From contig NC_069005.1 of NCBI RefSeq assembly GCF_001194135.2, forward strand, positions 35,057,430 to 35,089,980: a stretch of DNA of 32,551 nucleotides, written 5' to 3'. The notes below the pieces were generated by a model. The model saw nothing but the letters and a program-made list of their open reading frames with translations. It searched no databases and had not been told where the DNA came from. Below are positions 23,671 to 32,551 of this stretch, piece by piece (within the stretch, counting starts at the first letter, position 1; every line of letters begins with the position of its first letter). The position numbers and the translations under genes are program-made. This stretch comes from Octopus bimaculoides (taxonomy: Eukaryota).

Positions 23671-25361
23671 AGAGGCGAGATATTTATTAAACACACGCTA
23701 CTAATAGTTTCAGTTTTATGGTATTCTAACTAAACAGTTATAAAATGCGCCATGCATTTCCAACCAATCTTCCAGGTTCTGTTTATGCGTATACAGAGTT
23801 TAAAAACTTGGACATTGGACAGTAACAAAGAAAAAAACACGTGAAAAAAGAAAAGCGAAGACGGTTGATGCAAAAAATGGAACGAAAAGAAAGAAACAAA
23901 AGCAAGAAAACTAAGATCCCTATCCTCTCTGACTACAGAAACCACAATTAATGCAGTTAATATACAAAAAAATAACAGAGAATATGTCAAAGTCTGCGAC
24001 ACAGCAACTCAATCTGAAGCCGGTGGTGTTCTCCAATTCGACAAAAAAAACCTGTCCATGCGTTTGCACCTGCTAGAAATTTCAGATCTGGAATTAAGTA
24101 GTGTTTTCCTTCTTATCTTTTGTTATATTTTCACTGTCCAACATCTTTGTTTTCAAAATATAGATAAACAGAGCTTGAAAGATTACTTGCAGATACATTG
24201 CATAGTTTATTAATATGCTTAAAGTATGAAAAATGCATGAAACTATTAGTAGTTCTTTCGGCTGTCTATTAAATTGATATATATAAATATAGTCGACCGT
24301 GAAGGTAGTCGGGGCGGCTGTCATGTCTGGAGTATAAGGTGGAGTGCTATAGATTAATGTAGGGAGAGACACTTGAGATCAGAGCGCGCCGCAGTGAAAC
24401 ATATTCTGCAAGCTCAGCTCTTATCAGGTTTTAGTTTATTAGACACAATGCGCGCATGCGCGTTTTTGTGCGTGCATGCGCGCGTGAGAGAGAGAGAGAG
24501 TGTGTGTGTATAAGCATGTACATATATATGTATGCATGGGTATATGGATGGATGGATGGATGGATGCAAATACCTGAAATGCAGGTATGTATGTATTGTC
24601 GCCTTGATGAAAGTTTCGTCGTTCCATTTGGCAGTGTCTGGAGGTGTGTATATTAGCAGACAGTAAATAGCTCCACGTTTAGATTTGGAAACTGAGAAGA
24701 GAGGCAATGAAGATGGGAGTAGCAGACAGTTAGTGGGGGGGGGACACCACCAGTTAGTGTCTGGGACGAACAAATCATGTGACTTAAAGAGAGACAGGGA
24801 GGGAACGAGAGCATTGCATCCTCGGTTAGGGAGGTCTTTCGTTGCACCTATTTCTGTGAAGTTGGACATCAGATGATAGTGTGATATCATAGTGCCACAC
24901 TCAAACATAAATTTTGTTCATACATACATGCACACGTACATACGTGTGTGTGTGTGTGTGTGTGTTCGTGCGTGCGCGTGTGTATGTATGAATGTATATC
25001 CTCTTCTTTTTTAATTATTTAAATTCTTTCACTGAGAAAGAAACCGGTTTCTAACAAAGATTCAAAGCTCCATCGTTGGAATGTAGATAACGAAAACAAT
25101 GTCACATTTTAAACTTTTAAAAAGTCTTGCATATTTTTACTGTTCCACTTAGAAATTGTATTTGTAATACGTGAGTTTGCTGGTTGATTTCATTTTCCGA
25201 AAACCCTGGCTTATCCAGATTGTGACTCAGGCATTTGCTCACAAAATCAAATGCTCCGATTATTACTGGTATCAATGCGAATTTTTCAATCTGGATTTAG
25301 AAGCTGAAAGTTTCGAAGCAATTGTCCATATTTAGCCTCTTTTTTCTTTGATTTTTCAGAG

Positions 25362-25645
25362 ATATGTATGTATGTATGTATGTATGTATATATGTCTATA
25401 TATATGTGTATATATGTATGTGCGTGTGTATGTATGTATTTATGCATGTACGTACGTATGTATGTGTGTGTGTATGTGTGTGTGTATGTGTATGTTTCTA
25501 TCTGTATGTATGAGTGTGTGTCTATGTATGTATGTATGTGTGTGCGTGTATATGTATGTGTGTATGTATGTAGGTCTGTGCATGTATGTATGTGTATATG
25601 TATTTATTATGTACGTACGTATGTATGTATGTATGTATGTATAGA
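25362..25645 (+). repeat. Cryptic (TATG/TGTG)n array
   Basis: Direct reading. Confidence 0.9.
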
Positions 25646-25757
25646 TTACGTTGTTTACAAAATATTTACATCTTTAATTGTGCGCGTTTTAATTAATTCT
25701 GTGTCAAGATGTCGTGCAATAAAATATACCACTATATAGATTGTAGGGTTTAAATAT

Positions 25758-25806
<49 letters not shown>

Positions 25807-25979
25807 NNNNNNNNNNNNNNNNNNNNNNNNNNNNNNNNNNNNNNNNNNNNNNNNNNNNNNNNNNNNNNNNNNNNNNNNNNNNNNNNNNNNNNNNNNNNNN
25901 NNNNNNNNNNNNNNNNNNNNNNNNNNNNNNNNNNNNNNNNNNNNNNNNNNNNNNNNNNNNNNNNNNNNNGAAGATGAAT

Positions 25980-26059
25980 GACAGAGTCGGTAGCGTGTCG
26001 GGCATTAAAATTTGTGCAATTTACATTCTGAGCTCAAATTTCGTCCAAGTCTACCTTGC
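25980..26059 (+). mobile_element. Highly diverged SINE family A fragment
   Basis: GACAGAGTCGGTAGCGTGTCGGGC...TTACATTCTGAGCTCAAATTTCGTCCAAGTCTACCTTGC aligns loosely to the head and B-box of the 29288 copy. Confidence 0.65.
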
Positions 26060-28983
26060 AGATAACATTTCAATGTCTAAGAACGAGGTCAGCAGTGATG
26101 GATGTAAACAAAGAAGAACTCAAAAACGATGCCCCAGAATGAGCGAGTCTAAAAGCAATACTTTAAGTACACAGGAATCGGTGCCGTGTATTTTGAAAAA
26201 TTAAAAGGCTGGGGAGATGGTTCACAACGCCTTATGGAAAGGCATTTCTCCACCACCTCAACGTTCACAATTAAATACTCCTGCCTCCCATTCTCTTCCC
26301 CCACACTTTTCTCCTCCTCCTCCTCCTCTTTCTCTTTCTTCTCTCCTACCCCCACTGTCTCTCATATGCACCAAACTCAATGATTTTACATAAGAGACTA
26401 CATTACTCAGCGTCGCCTTCGTCGTGTGAAAGAAAAGCAATAGTTAAGTTAGTGTGAGTATATTTAATGTAGGGAGCATAAAAAAGTGCAATTAGAAATA
26501 ATGTGGTGAAGAAAAGATAACTCAATGAGTAATTTTGTTTCACAAAAGACAAACAATTCTGGGTATGTTTCTGCCTTATTATGACCTCATCAGTGGACAA
26601 CAGACTTTTTATGTCGTTATTGACAACATCGTGTTTGAGAAAAGTTCTTGGTCAAGCGAGTCCTTGTCACAGTTTCGAACCTCAGTTGGGGCCTGTAATT
26701 TTCGCATTGCGAATACAAATATTGTTGAGACGCGGAGGTACTTTCTGGCGGTAAATAAGTGGACTAGATTTACACTTGTTTGAAGTAACAAGTGACATAG
26801 AAGACTGATCGTCACCACCAATACGAGACTACTCACCACCACAACCACCACAACCACCACCACAACCACCACCATCATCAGTAGTGGCAGCAGCAGCAGC
26901 AACTGTCTCTAAGAACAGCTGTAGAACTCATCACGTTTCGGTAATTTAGCACTGACGACTCCCCACAGAGGTGGCAGCGGTGGCGGTAGTAGTGGTGGTG
27001 GGCAGAGGAGCATCATGAGCATGGAAGAGAGAAGCAAGTGAGGGGAGTTGGATAGGCTAGACGTCTGAGTAAGAGAAAAGGGAATTGGCGAAAGAGAGCT
27101 TGTGGAATGTAATAGTGATGTATTAGGAAGACAGAGACAGAAAGAGAGTAAAGACAGAGAGAGAGAGAGAAGCGGTAGAGGCAAAATAATAGTGATGGTA
27201 GTGGTGGCAGTAGTAGTAGTAGTAGTAGTAAAGGCGACAGAGGAAGATATTTAATTGAACTTGAACCTGCGGACGATTTTCTCTCGAACTTGGTTGTTGT
27301 GAACCCAAATGTACAACAGCGGCGGGGGTAGGGGACGGGTTTATTAAGAAGCACCACCAGTAATATAGAGACAGGGGTGGCGAAACAGAAGGTGGGAGTG
27401 GCAGACAAACGCGAATTTGCATTGATTTAGCAAACGACTTTACACGATGTGTCTGGAAGAGATAAGGGTCACAGCGTCCTGGTGGGCTCCTCCAGAAATC
27501 ATCGCTTCTCGTGGAGGGTGGGAGGCCAATTCTGGGCTCACCTAACAAAAGTTATTAAGACTAAATAATTTAAAAACAAAGATGGCGGTAAAACTAAGAG
27601 GATTAACATTTTTTTAACTACAATTTTTTGATGTATCAATAAAGAAACCTTTTGCGAGTTAAATAGATGAAAAGTGGAATGAATGGAGGTAACACGTTCA
27701 GATCACATCGAGAGGTCAAAAATGTCGAAGATTAAGTAATAATTATTTGGAAAGCGTGGAATTAGCAACAATCTTGAGTGGACAGAGCGGGAGGGGGGGA
27801 TGTCTTCTGATTCCAAGAACACCGTAGACTCTGAGGAATGACGGCAATCAGAAATAATTTCAATGTCGCGATTTTGTAAGGTTAAAAAATGTGATTAATT
27901 TTATGATGATTAAAAACTAAGATTCATATTTTCAAACGATGTGGAATGTTGATAAAAGATAAACAACAGCGTCTGACATTTTGACAACGGAATTTTGTTT
28001 TCTTCAAATATTTTGAAAATTTCTTCCCACTTCGCCTTGCCAATATGGGGAAAGGGGTGAACTTGAGGGTTATAGGCGATGCCCCCCACGCCCGCTCCTT
28101 AATTATTACTAAATACAATTTGTTGGTTTTAGTATATTATTCTGATATTAAAACGAGTATTCTAGTTTCTACTTTATAAGTAACATATANNNNNNNNNNN
28201 NNNNNNNNNNNNNNNNNNNNNNNNNNNNNNNNNNNNNNNNNNNNNNNNNNATATATATATATATACACGTGTGTGTATGTATATCTTGGATCTTCGTGCT
28301 GTGAAATAGAGTAAAGACAAAACTGCTCAAAGGTTTTCTCGCCACTTCTAGAGAACGTATCTTTTGTCAGTTCTAAAGTACACTAGCTCCCTACAGCGGT
28401 GAGTCTGACAACTAACGACACCTACTTCGAACTAACAGGATTCGTCCCATCAGAGATAAGTCCAAAGGACACAGACCCCGTTGATGACAAGATAGGGGAG
28501 AGACTGACCTTTCATCTCCTGCCTCCGCTCCTCCAGCCATCCACTCAACCACGCACACACTCTATTAATGAAGACAGCTTACACCTAATTTCTGCTCAGT
28601 TTTTGGTGCAATTGAAATATTGGTTAATGATTCCTCTTAGAAGTATTTTTATCAGTTTAACAACGAAAGTACGTTTGCTATTTCCACCAGACTCTCTGGC
28701 TCTTGTCTGCCATTCTCCCAGAGAGATAAATTAGAGATATATATATTTATTTATTTCTGGGAATCCATAGATAACTGTTTCTACGAAATTTTATTGTATA
28801 TCGATCGTTAATTAGGTTTTCCTTATAACTTACCGTCTTTTCCCGTTGCAGAGCAAAGAAGCGAGGAAGCTGTTCAATCTTTTTATCTCTCTATATCTTA
28901 TATCTATCTGGACCTTCACTCTGCTTCATACACACATACATACGTGTGTGTGTGTGTGTGCGTGCGTGTGCGTGTGCGTGTGC

Positions 28984-29047
<64 letters not shown>

Positions 29048-29217
29048 GTATATATGTATATATTCTAAGTTATTAATACTTGAACAATGTATTTCTGCAT
29101 TTCTATTTACGTGCGCCAATTTCCGAGGAGAATGTTTCTACTGAGCTTTATTTTTCAAACGTGTTGGTCTTAATCCGTCGCCCGGTCTAATACCACCACG
29201 TACCTTTACTGTAGTCA

Positions 29218-29248
<31 letters not shown>

Positions 29249-29287
29249 AATAAAGGACATCATCATCATCATCATCATCATCTTCAA

Positions 29288-29543
29288 GGCGGTGAGCTGG
29301 CAGAATCGTTAGCGCGCCGGATGAATTGCTTAGCGGTATTTCACACATCGCTACGTTCTGAGTTCAAATTCCACCGAGGTCGACTTTGCCTTTCATCCTT
29401 TCTGGGTGTCGATAAATTAAGTACCAGTTGAACACTGGGATCGATGTAATCGACTCATCCCCTCCTCCAAAACTGCTGCCCTTTCAGCAAAATTTGAAAC
29501 CATTATTATTATTATCATTATTATTATTATTATTATTATTATT
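29288..29543 (+). mobile_element. SINE family A, full length, alternative 3' tail plus (ATT)n
   Basis: GGCGGTGAGCTGGCAGAATCGTTAGCGCGCCGG head, B-box GAGTTCAAATTCC, the conserved body, tail CTGCTGCCCTTTCAGCAAAATTTGAAACC, then (ATT)n. Preceded by (CAT)n. Confidence 0.93.
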
Positions 29544-30161
29544 GTATCTTACTACTGGAAGATATCTTTTCTCACAGCTCTGTCATGGATTACCCTCGAT
29601 GAACATTTACCAAAAGTTGGACGATTTACAGTTGCCATTTGTCTACAATTAACTCGAAAAGGGTAAGAACTGAATTTTTCTAAAAAAATGTTCTCGTATT
29701 TTAAGATGCCCCCCCACCCCCACCCAGATATTTTGAACATCTTGCATTAAGTCAACATTCAACCAAACATGTCAGCAGAACATGCCCCTATAGTAGGCAA
29801 AATTGATGCGAAAAATCTTCACAAAATGAACAAAACATATTATGGAAAAAGTAGTTGCATTCTTGTTTAAAAATTAATGGTAATTCCAGTCTTTTTAGCT
29901 AAACAGTTTGAGTTGCTTAACAACGACAATAGTCATGCGTAAATGTCTTCCCGACCAAACAGACAAAACAGCTTCGTACTTTCTGGCAATAAGACATATT
30001 TTGAATATTAATGAATTAAGAAGACATTTATTTGGCAATATTTTGTAACAAAATCAAAAGGACTCCTTTTTTTTTATCATTTAAGAAAGAGAAAATAGTT
30101 CTGTGCTTCTGTAACGCAAGAATCGGAATGCGTTGGCTCGTGCTGGCGAAGCAGCTCTTAG

Positions 30162-30259
30162 AGTTATGCATATGACGAAAGAATAACCAGCGAAAAGGAG
30201 ATTACTTCCGCTGAACTATTGAGAGATCTGCAGTTACTCTATCCAGATGACAAGTTCAG
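30162..30259 (+). CDS. Candidate exon (98 bp, phase 0-2), unidentified
   Basis: CAGCTCTTAG| acceptor and AG|GTTTAT donor. Open frame SYAYDERITSEKEITSAELLRDLQLLYPDDKF. No partner exon established. Confidence 0.15.
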
Positions 30260-30781
30260 GTTTATGCGCGCGCACGCACACACACACACACACACACACG
30301 CACACACACACGCACAAACACACCCATATGTACTGCATATTTTCTGTGTAAAAGAAACACACACATATATAAGCACATACATAGTAAAAACATAAATATA
30401 TAGACATATATACACTGATGTCTAGGTTATTGATAGAGGTGTATGCGTGAGTGTATAGAGACATACATGTGTCTACGCATGGTGGTGCAAGCGGTGGTGA
30501 TGTGTCAGTCAAATGTGTGTCACTACTTTCATCTCATTCCGACCCCACCTCAAGATTCCTCAGCACCACCGCCACCTCACTTCGCCTAAGTGCTGGCACC
30601 TGAAGAATTGTCTCCCTGCCAACGTCTGCGGGTGACGATTCTTCAGCTGATCTGCCTTGTTTTCTCCTTTCAACACACAGCAGGTGGTTGCTCAAAACAA
30701 GCTCTACAATTCTACGAAGGAAGAGAAAACGTACAATTATACATGCATGCATGTATATATATATATATACACGCATACACA

Positions 30782-30813
30782 TCTATCTATCTATCTATCT
30801 ATCTATCTGTATA

Positions 30814-30849
<36 letters not shown>

Positions 30850-30872
30850 TGTATGTATGTATGTATGTATGT
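30782..30872 (+). repeat. (TCTA)n-(TA)n-(TATG)n compound microsatellite
   Basis: Direct reading. Confidence 0.95.
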
Positions 30873-30898
30873 GTGTATATGTTTTATATACTGATTTC

Positions 30899-31090
30899 AA
30901 GCTTTGTGAGTAGATTTGGTCGACGGAAACTGCAAGAAGTCCGTCTAACAATCGGTGTTGGTGTGTTTGTATCCCTGTAACTTAGCGTTCGGCAAAAGAA
31001 ACCAATTGAATAAGTGCCAGGCTTCAAAAACAAAGAAGCACTACAAATTTAAGGCGGTGCTTCAGTATGGCCGCAGTGAAAGATAAAAGA
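30899..31090 (+). mobile_element. SINE family B, middle and 3' portion without head
   Basis: AAGCTTTGTGAGTAGATTTGGTCGACGGAAACTGCAAGAAGTCCGTC...GTAACTTAGCGTTCGGCAAAAGA...GAATAAGTGCCAGGC...GGCGGTGCTTCAGTATGGCCGCAG matches my recollection of the body and tail of a common Octopus SINE; not verified by search. Confidence 0.65.
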
Positions 31091-31189
31091 TATACACACA
31101 TATCCATTTATAAGAGACGGCCTTCTTCACAGTTCTGTGGCAATTAAATGATGCCAAGCTCAAGGAATTGGTCAACCCAAGGAAAGAGG

Positions 31190-31260
31190 AACAAAGAAAC
31201 GCGCTCTGGAATCGAACCCTGAGCAGCCAGAGCGAGTGTTCTAATCACACAGCGAAGCCT
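31190..31260 (-). mobile_element. Diverged tRNA-derived SINE head
   Basis: Reverse complement GGCTTCGCTGTGTGATTAGAACACTCGCTCTGGCTGCTCAGGGTTCGATTCCAGAGCGCG; A-box-like and B-box (GGGTTCGATTCC) motifs, no cloverleaf. Confidence 0.55.
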
Positions 31261-31632
31261 GCATATATTTGTAGCTGTGCTTCGAAACACATGCGTATAC
31301 ACACACACACACACACTTACATTCGCTTATACATGCACTTTCTCCCCCTCTCTCATCCCCTTTCTCTCCCTCTTTCTCTCCCTTTCTCCCCCTCTCTCAT
31401 CCCCCTCTCTCGCTCTCCTTATTTATATACGCATACACATGCACACGAACATACACACTCATATAAACAACCACTCTATCCCGAGTATATATTTATACAT
31501 ACATCTACACACAAATGTCCATATACACACACGTTGTCCGGCCGTACCCACCCCTCTCCACTATTCTGTCCCCTACCCTAACCATTCGGACACCGCCGCC
31601 CCTTACACAAACCGCGCCCTCGTGGACAGCTG

Positions 31633-31646
31633 GTTTCCATGACAAC
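31633..31646 (+). promoter_or_regulatory. RFX X-box-like motif GTTTCCATGACAAC with abutting E-box CAGCTG (31627-31632)
   Basis: Motif match in a locally CpG-rich unique patch (about 31530-31700). Confidence 0.35.
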
Positions 31647-31924
31647 AGCAAGCGAAACTGGTGTTGTTGTTATGACAAATATTTTGCGAAGACGTGAGGT
31701 GGGTAGGGGGGGGGTTAGAGCGAGGGGTATAGTGTCAGGAGGAAGGAGTGAGGGGAAGTGAGAGGAGGTTGAGATGAGGAAGAGAGAGTAAGAAGTAACA
31801 GAGAGTGCTAGAGTAGAGGGTGTGAGGAGAGAAAGCAGGAGGCGATGGTGAGTGATTGAGGAGAAGAAAGAGGAACATAATAAAGACTAATGAGGGATCA
31901 CTTGGAATTAAAGGAATTGATATG

Positions 31925-32009
31925 TCGATAGACAGACAGACTGAGAGTAAAGACAGACAGACAGACTGATAAACAGACAGACTGGCAGAGAGATAGACAG
32001 ATCTGACAA

Positions 32010-32059
<50 letters not shown>

Positions 32060-32400
32060 TGAAAGAGAAAAAGAGATGAATAGACAGACAGACAGACAGG
32101 CTGATAGATAGATAGATAGATAGATTGTAGCTATCTACATATAAATAGCTATATTCTATCTATAAGTAGATTGATAGAAGAGTAATCATATGCGGATACG
32201 CGCGCACGCGTGTATGTCCAGCCACCCATCTATCGACCCTTCTATCTATCAATCTATCTGTCTGTCTGCCTGTCTATCCATCCAACTATCCATCCATCTA
32301 TCTATCTATATATATATATATATCAATCTATCCATCCCCCCAACTACCTACCCATCCGTCCATCCACCCGTCTGTTTGTCTGTCTGTCTGTCTATCATGC
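31925..32400. repeat. Compound GACA/GATA/(CA)n then CTAT/CCAT/CTGT tetranucleotide arrays
   Basis: Direct reading. Confidence 0.9.
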
Positions 32401-32551
32401 AGATAGATATGTTTGTATCATTTTATATGCATATATGTGTACGTGTGTGTGTGTGTGTGTGTGTGTTAGTGTAATAACGTGTGGTGTGAATGCGCGTGCG
32501 CGTATATATTCGGATAGAAAGGATGAGGATGAGGCAGTTCAGTGAGGAATT

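Noticed and set aside
24449-24485. NRF1-like GCGCATGCGC motifs
   Set aside because: They lie within a degenerate GC/GT/GA dinucleotide tract, so are most simply repeat-derived.
26561-26598. Hammerhead-like CTGATGA-GGTC-ATAATAA-GGCA-GAAAC on the - strand
   Set aside because: The helix II closing pair is mismatched (G-A), and there is no valid helix III/cleavage triplet or helix I pairing.
27578-27589. YY1-like AAAGATGGCGGT
   Set aside because: Single short motif with no supporting promoter context.

Overview
Eukaryotic, AT-rich, repeat-dense genomic DNA from a gapped draft assembly with seven N-runs. The SINE families and microsatellite load resemble what I recall of Octopus/coleoid cephalopod genomes; this is inference, not a search result. 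The window reads as intronic or intergenic. No complete gene, tRNA/rRNA gene or CRISPR array is supportable, and nearly all supplied ORFs are translations of microsatellites or N-gaps. Supportable content: (i) six copies or fragments of one tRNA-derived SINE and three fragments of a second, CORE-like type; (ii) two LINE 3'-end fragments, one RTE-clade (2339-2667, +) and one CR1/L2/Jockey-group (22567-22800, -); (iii) a minimal hammerhead-ribozyme-like motif of the Penelope-element type (17384-17424, -); (iv) a same-strand cluster of ETS (CCGGAAGT) sites at 10260-10625 and three RFX X-box-like motifs; (v) a perfect 48-bp tandem duplication; (vi) several splice-site-bounded open segments that may be exons of an unidentified gene (low confidence). 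Best leads are the hammerhead-like motif, the ETS cluster and a possibly split SINE that could mark a ~17-kb inversion. I see no convincing evidence for a wholly new biological system.
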